Below are positions 44,501-56,500 of a DNA stretch of 64,000 nt, piece after piece. A program made the translations under genes and the position numbers. The notes under the pieces were generated by a model. It had not been told where the DNA came from. It saw nothing but the letters and a program-made list of their open reading frames with translations, and did not search any database. Each line of letters starts with the position of its first letter. The stretch's first letter is position 1. This DNA is from Flaccisagitta enflata (taxonomy: Eukaryota): assembly GCA_965153355.1 (NCBI GenBank), contig OZ231126.1, forward strand, positions 47,058,001 to 47,122,000, read 5' to 3'.

Positions 44501-47500
44501 AAATTTCAAAAAAATTTAGTAGTTGAAGATGATGACAGTAGATGAAGACAGTAGTTGAATGAATGAATGAATTTTATTTTGAAACATGGAATTACAAATA
44601 CGAGTAAATGTAAGACTGCTTCACGGATAGCCCATGAAAGTCTAGTAATGTGACTTTTTTCCAAAGGGGTCCGCGATAATAAAAATTAAAATTCATAAGT
44701 TAAAATAAGAATAAAATCGTAAGATGGTAAAAAGCCGAAATCATATACAGGTAAAAATCCGTCCAACAGAATCCGTAAAATCAGTCATACTGAGAAATCA
44801 AAAACTCTTTTAGTCTCTTCTTAAAAACTCGAAATTCACCAATACTTTTGATATTGGTTGGAAGACTGTTCCAATGCTTGATTGACGCAAAAGAAAAACT
44901 ACTTTGGGACCGAGATAGATCACGAGACAGAACAAAGTTGTACTCGCTTCCACGTGTGTTGTGAGAATGAGCAGCAGATATCGATGTGAAATTAGGGAGC
45001 AAGTATTTAGGAGCAAGTTTGTTTCGAATGCGAAAAATATGCATCATTTGAAAGAATTTAACCCGATCCGGAATGTTCAGCCAGGACAATTCTCAATGGT
45101 TTTTGCAATCAACATGTGCCCTGTGGTCCCAGCCGTTTATGAAACGGACCATTTTTCGTTGAACTACATTAAGCCTTTCCTTCAAGACCGCCGATAAACC
45201 AGAATACCAGGAACTGCAACAGTAGTCTACGTATGGCTGAATAAGCGCAGAATATAGGGTCTGCCTACTTTTCTTGTCTAACAACTGAGACTGGCGATAA
45301 AGAAAAGCCAGTCTTCCTGCGCAGACTTTCATCAAATTCCCCACATGGGCAGAACCGTTTACATTTTCGTCGAGTAAAACACCAAGATATTTTACAGTAA
45401 ACTTGCGCTCAACAGGCATCCCATCACAGAAAACCCGAAAATCCACCCCTTTCAATCTTCTCTTTGAACCAAAGAGCAATGATTCCGTTTTACCAACGTG
45501 AAGGGATAGCCTGTTGTCCACAAGCCATTTTTTACAGCTTGAAAGTTCAATGCTAAGGCGATCAGAAATTATTTTAGCATCACGATGCGCAAAAAGAAGT
45601 GCTGAGTCATCCGCGTAAAGAGAGAGTCTGCATGATAGGCTAATGTTCATGTCATTTATGTATATTAAAAACAACAAGGGACCTAAAATGCTACCTTGTG
45701 GCACTCCACAGGTGACAGGCAAAAACTCAGATCTCGAACCCTTAACATCAACACACTGACGCCGATTTTGTAGATAGGAATCAAACCAGGTTGTGGAAGA
45801 AATACCAATAGATTTAAGTTTTTCACAGAGGATAGCGTGATCAACCGTATCAAATGCCTTCTGCAAATCAATGAGTACCATACCGACAAAATTACCTTTA
45901 CTCAATTCATCCTTAATGAAATCTGAAAGGCCAATCAAACACGAGTCAGTGGAATAGCCACCGCGAAAACCTGATTGATTCTCGAAAAGTAGTCCTCGCT
46001 TTTCTAAATATTCACTAAGTTGTGAGTGTACAGCACGCTCGAGAATTTTCGAAAGAACACTTAAAATACTGACAGGCCTGTAATTGCCTGGATCAAGCGT
46101 CGAACCTTTTTTAAAGAGAGGAATAACTTTCGCCTCCTTGAAAGCAGTTGGAACGGTTTCGGTAGTAATGGAAATATTAACAATGTGGGCAACTGGCCCA
46201 ATTATGCAATCCGCGCCATCATGCAGAAATAGAGAAGATATATCATCCAGTCCAACTGCTTTCCTGGTATTCAGAGATGAAAGCTCTTTCCGTATAAAAT
46301 GAGAAGAGACAGGAGACAGGCAGAAATTAGAGCATAAGCCGATTCTATGTGAATAAAAACTCTTGAAAATAGTGGCAGCCGTATTAAAAACTCCAAGAGG
46401 ATTTGGCAGTTTAGAAACAAGTTTCGAAGCAACCGAAGTGTAGAAGGTGTTAAAAATCTGAGCAACACATAATGAATTAAACTTCTTTTCGCCATTTTGC
46501 TCCAAGACTATAGATGATGAGCCAGCAACTTTTTTACTAAAGCCAAGAGACTTCAAGTGGTTCCAAAGCTTCCCCGAATTACCCCTATTCCTTTCAACCC
46601 CATTCTTGAAAAAACATTCCTTAGCCAACTTGATGTCTCTTTGAACTTTATTCCGTACCTGAAAATACTCCTTATATAAAACATCATTCGACCGGTCTTT
46701 CCTAAAGCGAGAAAAAAGCCTATTCCGTTCCTTAATACCCGAAAGAATGTGGGAATTCATCCATGGATTCAACTTGTTTCGGACTCGAATTTCACGTAAA
46801 GGCGCAACTGTGTCAATTACTGAGCGAAAGAGACGATTGAATTCTAGAAGACAAAAATCTACGTCACTAGAATTTAAGACCGATGACCAATTAATTCTAC
46901 TTAAAGCAGCCGTAAAAGACGCCTTAGAATAGTTTTTAAAGGACCGTACAAATCTGACATTTTGACATGAGAAAACTTCCTTTGCACAACTTCTCGAACT
47001 GAAAGTCACCATATGATCACTGAAACCCTCCGGGATCACCCCACTTTCACTAATCAGATCGCTAACATTCGTAAATATGTGATCAATAAGAGAAGACGAT
47101 GTGGAAGTAATCCTAGTAGGTTCAGTGATCAATTGGTCGCAACCGAAAAAATCAAGAATCTCTTTGAACTTATCCAACAGAGGAGAACGAACTTGTAAGA
47201 AATCAATATTTAGATCACCCAATACATGAAACTCAGTTCCAGGGCTAATTTTAGAAAGGCATAACTCCAACTTAGATAGAAACCCATTATCATTGGGTGG
47301 CCGGTATATAGAGCATACAAGTATACCTTTAGTCCGAGGAAGCAGAAGCTCTATCCAAGTGGCTTCTAGATCGTCGACGGAAAGATCTGGTCGTGGGTTG
47401 AAGGCAATATTGTCGCGAATGAACATTGCGACACCGCCGCCGTTACGATTTCGATCATGCCGAACAATATTGAAGCCAGGAATATGTACCTCGCCATCAC

Positions 47501-50500
47501 CAACCGAGGAATCAAGCCATGACTCAGAGACCGCGAAAACAGATGCCTTAGTCCGTGAGAGCAGAAGTCGAATTTCTGGTAGTTTGGGAATAAGAGAACG
47601 CACATTTGCGTGAAGAAAGTGGAGGCCTTTAGACGTGAGGACGCTAGGAATAGGACAGGATAGAAACGACGATGAAAGAGAAGTAGAGGAAGGAGCCGAG
47701 GAAGAGTTAGCAGTGGCGTCGGCAACGTGTTCGTCGACACCCGTATCATTTGCGAAAGGAAGCGAAGAGAGGCTGCAACGGTCGCAGACAAATGCCAAAT
47801 CAACCCCGTCACGCACGCACTCGTTGTACTTGGTGAGAGAGACAGAGAGAGAACATCGTATGTGCGTCCATTTAAGGCAGTAATCGCACTCAACAGCCTT
47901 ACTCGCCTTGGTTACGCCCTTCGCGCAAACGACACAAGGATGAGCAACATTTCGCGTCCTTTTCCCATCTGAACTCGTAGACGACGTAGACGGTCGCGGT
48001 CCCGGATGAAGATTGACGTCGCCGGAAAGAAGAAGCAGTTGACGTTGATGCTGTGTATGTTGCTGGTGCTGTGTATGTTGCTGGTGCTGTTGTTGATGCT
48101 GTTGTTGATGCTGTAGTTGATGTAGCTGTTGATGATGTAGATGTAGATGCGGCGTAGTAAAAGAGGGAGAACAGACGCTCAAATGATTAAGATGTATGAT
48201 GAGCGAACAGGTGAGAAATGAAAGGAGCGAGGAAGACATTGTCGACTCGGATATTGCCGCCGAAGCTAAACGAGAAATTGAAGCCAAAATTCCTTTGCCG
48301 CACTTGAAAAGTTTTGAAAACCACGTGCACGATGCCCGGTCGTCGCCCACGTCGGGTTAGTTTAAAGTCTTTTTACATTTTCCGCGTAGAATCGCCATAG
48401 GCCCAACATCGGGGACGTCACCATCAAAACCCTGACAGCTTGTCTTCCAATGTTTCTTCAACCTCAAATTTGACTAATCCAGTTTGCTTTTTCAATCTTC
48501 GGTCACGTCACCCTCCGACGCCCAAAATGGAGAACTTAAAAAAACAATTCCAGTATTCAATGTTTCCAGACTTTTCTTATTCTATCGCCGCATCTGATTG
48601 AACTTAATCCATTTTTATCTTCGACTATTCCACCGGAGACACATTTGTAGTCGTCTTAGAGTTGATTATTGAAATTTTTAAATTAAGCAAATAAAAGAAT
48701 GATGACAGTAGTTGAAGACGATGACAGTATTTGAAGATAATACCAGTAGTTGAAGATGATGACAGTAGTTGAAGATGAATCTTGAAATCCATGATGGCAA
48801 ACCTAAAGAAAAATCAGAATGTAATAAATGAGCAAGTAAAAGAATTCCAACTCCAATCCTCTATAGAAATTGCCAAAGTCCTAGAAACATATTACTACAT
48901 TAATAGGCTAATATCTTATAAACCAGACTTCAGATATAATTCAAATTTTGCAAGGGCACTTCAATTAATATCCTTTACTTGTATACCAAATTAAAAAAGA
49001 ATTCACATAACTTTGCTACCCTTTGCCTATGTAAACTGTGAATTATGGCGATTATTTTTGTAGTTTTTTGTGATTATTTGTCAATTTCGCCTATTTTGCT
49101 TTCCTCTCTGTTGATCATATTTGCGCCTGTTATTATCTCTGATTTTCTTCTTAGTTGATCAGTTATAATGTCTTGCGTGGTTCAAGCCTGGTCATGTTCC
49201 GGAGGCGAAATGCTACCTGGTGAGTCTTGGTGTGTATAAGAGGCTGGTTGGGCTGTACTATAGTTATATAGTTTGCTAGATTCCCTTGGTTAGTCAGTTA
49301 TTAGGTTTGTGGTAGGTCTAATCCTTCCTTCTCCCCTTGCCCCTTTCTTCTTTCTTTATCTGCAGCGTTTTGATACGACTTTTTACCTAGAAGACTCGAT
49401 GACGTGATTTTGGTGACGAATTGGCGCGATGATGTCAAACGATTGACTTGATTATGTACAACGAATTGGCGTGACGATGTGCAACGAGAAAGATCGGATA
49501 TGCTGAACATTTCGATGAGACTTGCTGAACATTCGATGGGATTTGCTGAACATTTCGACGAGATTCAAGGAACATTGACGTTGACGTTGGCGTGACGTCA
49601 TTTCCGGTGCGACTTCATCTTGGCGTTGGCGTGACTGCGGCTTTGGCGGCGTCATTCTTCCAGCCATCACTTGGGATTCACGGTACGAGCTTTTGGTGAT
49701 TGACCGTGTCATATGCAGTTTTCTACAGTATCAAAACGGACCTGGACATAACCAGTAATTTTTGTACCCAACCACAACCATGAGCACACAACCACAACAG
49801 GACGCAGGAGAAGGCGGGGAGCGACCAGTTTGGGACAGGCGGATCATCTCCAGAGTAAGGAGGGAGCTGAAACAAGAATACCTACTCGTGGAATCCGCCG
49901 TCAGTTTTGCTTCCGTCAGCTCCGAGCGGTCCGTGCTCATACGGTTTAACGATACAGCGAACAAGTTTTGTGACTTGGTGAACGCAAAGATCGCAGAGTA
50001 CAACAACTGTGTGATAGTAACAAAGGTCGCAGAAAGTGCCGCAAATGATTTGATGGTAGACATACACAGCTACAGGACGAAACTCGACACAACTCTCCAG
50101 CCGAGATATGTGGAGGAGGAGGGGGATGGCCACAGGGATGTGTCGTTCGAGGCCGGATCGCCGATAGAAAAAAAGGCGACGCCGGTCGAATTGAGAGCAA
50201 CGGATGGTGCGGCAGCGGCGCAGAACGGAAAAGACGCCGCACTAGACAAAACGATGCGAATCTCGGACAGCGACCTGAGCGAGGAGGAGGAGGAGGAAGA
50301 GAAGGAGACCGAAGCCACAGAGGAAAACGGCAGGGGGGGAGGCAACGCCGATCAAAACGGCGTAAGCGACGCCCCAGCCAGCGGCATATTCGGCAGGTTA
50401 ACGAATCTGTTTAAAAACTCAACCCCGACGGACGCTGTACCGGCCGTGAACGTGATTCCACCAACACCGGCAGACAAAGAAAGATCGCATACAAGAAGCG

Positions 50501-53500
50501 CCGCATCCATCGCGAGATCGCTCCAAGCGAGAGAAGAAAGAGATAAGAAGAAACAAGAAGAGGAGGAGCAGATGGAGGCGATGAGGAAGCAGAGTGAGGC
50601 AGAGGAGGTAGAGGCAATGCGGAAGGTGGAGGAGATAAGGAAGCAGAGAACATTAAACGAGAAACTACACGCTGCAAAGATGGACGGATTGGAAGCAATC
50701 CATGATAAGCAGCAACAAATCATCGAGGATGAGGAAAGTGAGGCGGCAGCGGAAGAGGCGATGAAAGACCTGGAAAAAACAGTGGAAGGGGCGAAAGGGG
50801 GTAAAGAAGACAATAATGCAGCAGTTGAGAGATGGGCAAAAGGAAATGTGCGCGAGCCCATTGCAAAAATTCTGCCGAAAAAAGTCGAGGTAGCGGCGCC
50901 GCCGAAAGGAAAAGCGGCGGTGAAGCTAGACCTCAAAAACATTAAAGTCACACCCCCAAAGGCAAAATCCCTTCCCGCGATCACCCCCATTATCCGGAAA
51001 GGCCGCATGAACTCTACATCGGAGAAAAAAAGGAGTAAAGAGGCGAGAAGGCTTTCGGAGGAAAAAGAAAAAGCGGAAAAGCGAGCGAGAGATTTGGAGG
51101 CTCAACTGAAACAGGTTCAAGAAACCGCGCGCCAAATGGAAAGCGCACTGAATGCGGTGGAGGAGGATGAGGAGGAGGAGGAAGATGACCTGGAGAAGAT
51201 GCCGTTATCTCCATCATACACAGAAAACAGTGGGTTTTGCGAAATGGTGAAAGTGCAAACCCAGATGTACGCGATGTCGCAACTAAAAGAGGCCCGTCCT
51301 GAGAAAAAATTCGCCGCATGTGGAAAAAAAGTGGATTTTTCAAAACATATGCTCGAATTTGAAACGGCGCTCGGGATAGTAGGCCTAACGGAAACGATGA
51401 AATTGAACGAGTTTCATCACTACTTTGAAGGGTCTGCGCTGCAGCTGATTGAAGCGGAGTTGAGAAGAAAAAACGATGCAGAAAAAGCAGTGTCTGATGC
51501 CATATCAAAACTAAATCGCAAATTTGGCACGAGAAAAGAAACGGCTTTGGAGATGATGGACGAGCTGTTGCAAGGGAAGCAGATTGGCGAGAAGGACCAC
51601 GGCGGGTTGCTGTCATTTTATTGTAGGTTGACTAGCATCCATACTTTGGCTTGCGACACCAATCGTGGAACAGAATTCGAGAACAAACTGGTCGTCGACT
51701 CGATCCTCAGCAAGAAGATTCCCCATCTGTCAGCTAAGTGGGCAAAGCGGTCTGTAAAAGACGCAATGGCCGGGGGAAAGGGATTGAATTTTGCGGCTTT
51801 TTTGAGTTTTCTTGATGAAGAACATGCGATTGCAGAGTATTGTTACAAAAACTCAGGTCAAGCGCAACAGATCAAGCCGATTGGCGCGAAAATAGCGGCG
51901 ACGACGGCAACAACCACCAAGAAGGAAGGAGCGACGGCAGCAGCAGCAACACCGCCCAAACCAGCAGGCGGATGCGGGCGCTGCGGTGGCCAACATCGAC
52001 TTCCGGCGTGTGACATTTTCAAAGGTCTCGCGGTGGGAGACAGAAGAAAATTTTGTATGAACACGCGCAGCTGCTATCAATGCTTGGAGGCGGGGCATAT
52101 GGCGAGAAATTGCCAATCACCCGACAAGTGCCCAATTTGCGGATTGGGGCATCACGAGCTGCTTCATCCGGTGGACGAGACGGCGCCGGCGCCACCTGGC
52201 GAAACAAATAATACGGCATGACTAGCGACGCCGAGACAAAACTCGATATTTAAGGTCGGCGGGGATGATGGAGCATGGAGACTAATTGTGCCGTTGTATG
52301 TGACGAACACGAGTGGAGACAAAATCGCCACATTTGCGCTCCTTGATGGAGGCGCAAATCGCCACGTAGTGTCAGAGGCGATTTGCGCAGATCTTGGTAT
52401 TGAAGGCAGGGATGTAAATATGAAAATTACAACTCTGGACAAAACCGTTGAAGGAGTGAGAAAAGTGGCAGATGTGTCTGTTGTGGGGACAAATGGTTTT
52501 GAGTTGGACCTGAAAAACGCGATCTTCGGCGAAATCATTGCGACGGAAGGCGATAGACCGCCGGAAAATGTCGACGTGGAAAATATGGACCATCTGAGCG
52601 ACATTGATTTTCCCGCGTTTCCCGAAAATATCGCCGGAGGAAAAAAGATTGGCGTTATCATCGGGGCCGAACATGCCAGAATTTGGAGTACGGGCGAAAG
52701 ACGCGTCGGCGACGCGTCACTTCCGGTGGCGCTGGAGACGGGGTTCGGCTTTTGTTTGATCGGCCCAAAGAAGAACATTGACTCGCATTGCTTTGTTTGT
52801 AACCATGTTTCTTTTCAGAGTTGCCCCACAGATACTGAAAAAGACATGAAAAAGTGTTTTGCGAGTGAATTTGAGAGAATCAAAGGAGATGATGAAACAA
52901 TGTCGTTGAAGGATAAGCATGCTGTGCGTCAATTGGAGGAAGGTATCATTTGGGACTCCCTCGCCGAGAGATACCGCGCGCCACTTCCGCATGTCGTCAG
53001 CCGGGAGGCCACCGCCGCCAAAATCAATAAAGTGGATTCGGGCGGTATGGCATTAGACCGACTGTGGAGGACGGGAAGGCAGATGCGAAAAGATCCGGAG
53101 AGACGACGGATAACGTTCGAAACAATGGCGAAATTCGATGAGAAAGGTAGAGTGGTAGAGGTGGATCCGGCGGAGCATGAAGCCACGCCGACAGACCGAC
53201 CAAAATGGACGATTCCGATTCACGTGACTGACAAGCCCGGAAAACCCGGGCAAGTCAGGATCTGTCACGATTGTCGGGCTTCTGTGGGTGGAATCTGCCT
53301 AAATGACTTTCTATTGGACGGCCCCCAACTTGCATGCGACATACGCGGTGTACTGATGCGATTTCGCGACGAGGGCGAAGTAGCGGTAGGCGCCGATATT
53401 AAGGACTTCTTTCATGAAGTGTATATCGCTAAGGAGGACGAGGCCGCCTTTAGATACTGGTGGTTCAAATCGGAAGATATGGACGATGTTCAGCTAAAGG

Positions 53501-56500
53501 GCTTTTTGGGACATGTTTTTGGTGCAAAAAGTTCAAATTTTGTCGCGATCTTCACAAAACGCTTCCACGTTAACAACAAAGCCGCTGAATATGGCGCCTT
53601 GGTTGTTCAAGCCGCGAATCGTAATTTTTATGTCGATGACCTCCTAAAGTCGTTGAGGAACACAAAAATCGCGAAGGAATTCCGGATAAATATGACGGCG
53701 GCGATGAAAGACGGTGGCTTCACTCTCTGCAAATGGCGCTCGTCCAAACCGGAAGTGCTTGATGGAATGGAAGCGGCGCCGGCCGAAAAAGACTTTTGCG
53801 GGCCGGCTGCCGACGCGGACGATATTGGGAAATTGTTAGGGATGCAATATTCGTTTTCTGCCGATGCTTTTTTTTACATTCCAGATCAGGAAAAGCAAAA
53901 TTTAAAAGTGGAAACGAAGCGGCAAATGCTGCAGGTGATTGCATCATTTTTTGACCCGTTGGGTTTCTTGGACCCTTTTGTGATATGGGCGAGACTCATT
54001 CTGCAGAAAGTGATGAAATTGCCAATTGGATGGGACGAGAAAACGATTGAGACGAATCTTCTTGACGAGTTCGCGAGGTGGCAGAGCGATTTTGTGTATC
54101 TTAATGGCTTCAAAATCTGTCGTTGGACGGCGACTTTGGCGACGCAGGATGCAAAACGGCAGCTGATGGTATTCTCGGACGCAAGTAGCGAAGGGTACGG
54201 CGTCGTTATATACGTCAGACGCGCAACGCCGGACGGCGTCATCCACATATCCATCGTCTGCTCGAAGGCGCACGTAGTGCCGGTAAAAGACGCTGAAGCC
54301 GGCCACCACGATTCCATCCCGAGGTTGGAACTGCAAGCGGCGAGATTGGCGGCTAGGATGCGAGTCAACGTGGAAAAAGAGACAGGGAGTTATGATAATG
54401 TGGTAATGTGGACTGATTCTGAATGTGTGATCAAACAGTTGCATGATACCGAAACTTGTTTCAAAGTCTATTTTTCCAATCGCCTTTCAGAAATTCAGGC
54501 GTTGACGAGCGTTGATGAGTGGCGGTGGGTTCCGAGCGGTGACAACCCTGCGGATGACTGCTCCCACGGCCTTCTCGCCAGCGATCCGAAGTGGGCACGT
54601 TTTTTGAATGGTCCGGACTTTTTGCGGAACCGGGAAGAAGATTGGCCGTCAAAGCAGATAGCGACGGAACCATTCCCAGCGCACATTTTGGCGACGACGG
54701 TGACAACGCCGGAAGTTACTCAATGCTCATGGGTGACAAAAATATCGTCGAGTGTCGCGGCATGGAAGGCGAAGGTACGGCGGATCGCGTGGGTGAAGAA
54801 AACTCTCCTCCAGGCGGTGTATCGGCGCCGCGGGGAGACCGGCGCCGTCGAGGCACGTTTGACGACGCCGGATTTACGGGATGCCGAGTTGCTGCTGCTG
54901 AAGGATATACAGCGGCGACACTTTACGAAGGAATTAGCGGCGTTGGCAGTGCAGCCGGCGAAGCCATCAAAGCGCCCGTCTGTGCAACCGAGTTCGACGG
55001 TAGCGGCGTTGAATCCCTTCATCGACGACGCCGGCATTTTAAGATGCAGAGGAAGACTGGAAAAGGCGGATTATCTGCCTTTTGATGCGAAGCATCCGAT
55101 CATTTTGCCCCATGGTGACGACGCTGTACTGGAACTGGTTCGCGGCATGCATGAACGATGCCTCCATGCCGGCGTTGAACAAATTTTGGGGGAATCGCGG
55201 CGCCGTTTTTGGATAACAAAAGGGCGCCGGCTTGTGACTCGTGTTGTAAGGGCGTGTGTGGGATGCCAAAAACTCTTTAAATCGCCTCAATCGCAGCAGA
55301 TGGCGCCACTTCCGTCGGAGAGAACTTTGGTTTGTAGGCCTTTCGAGAACACCGGCGTGGATTGCTTCGGCGCGATCAAGTGTAAGATCGTCGGGCGTGC
55401 ATTTCATGAAGTAAATGTTGCGTTGTTCACTTGTATGGCGACAAGGGCCGTGCATTTCGAAGTTTTGCGGACGATGGAGGCGTCCAGTTTCATCGACGCT
55501 CTGCAACGTTTCCGCGCCCGGAGACCGGCGGTCCGCTGCCTGTTTTCGGATCAAGGCACTAATTTCACCGCCGCCGAGAAGGAGATCGCGGCTGAAGTGG
55601 CTTCTTGGAATGCGTCGTCGGCGAGTGATCTGCATCTGCTGGGGCTGGAGTGGAAATTTAATCCTCCAACGTCTCCGCATCGTGGCGGCGTTTGGGAGCG
55701 GATGGTGAGATCAGCGAAAAAACACTTATCATTCGTGCTCCAACGTGATAATTTGAACATCGAGACTCTGACGACTGTGTTGGCCCAGGCGGAATTGACA
55801 ATGAACTCGAGGCCGATTACTTATGTGTCTGATGAGCCGGGGGTTCATGCCTTGCGGCCGATTGATTTTTTGTGTCCGGGGGTTTTTGCATCGTCGGACT
55901 GTGATATTCTGCCCCCTACCCCACCTGGAGGCGATAATTTGCGGTATAGTTGGCGCCAGTCTAGGGCGCTGGTGGACGAGTTTTGGAAGCGGTGGTCACG
56001 TGATTATCTGTCAGCACTCCAGGCGAGACCGAAGTGGAGATCATCGGAACCAAATCTGCAAGTCGGCGATGTGGTGTTGTTGGTGGATGATCAGTGTCGA
56101 CGGGGTGATTGGCGATGTGGAGTCGTCATGGAGACTGATGGAGGCGAATTGGTGAGGACGGTGACGGTTAAGACTGCTGCCGGCAAAACTTTTTCGCGTG
56201 ATAGAACGAGAGTGGTATGTTTGGAATTGGACCCAATGCGGGCTGAGGAGTAGTTCTTCCTCTTTGTACAGTATTTTTATTTTAGCGTATGCTTTTCGTG
56301 ATTGTTTTTCCGTTGCGCTTTGGGTTTAATTATTTGGAGGATTTTTTGTTGATTGACGCGTTTTGCTTTTTTTGTCGACGATGATTTTGCCCCATCTCTT
56401 TTCTTTAAAGATTATCATTGACGTTTTTCAGCTGATTTTGCGTTATTTCGACTTATTTTTTCTTTTTGATTTTTCGCTTGGCGCTATGGATTGGTTACTT

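Noticed and set aside
49728-49745. Degenerate tRNA-Met primer site (TGGTATCAGAGC-like)
   Set aside because: Lacks TGG and has mismatches, whereas the match to the LTR 11-mer is perfect.
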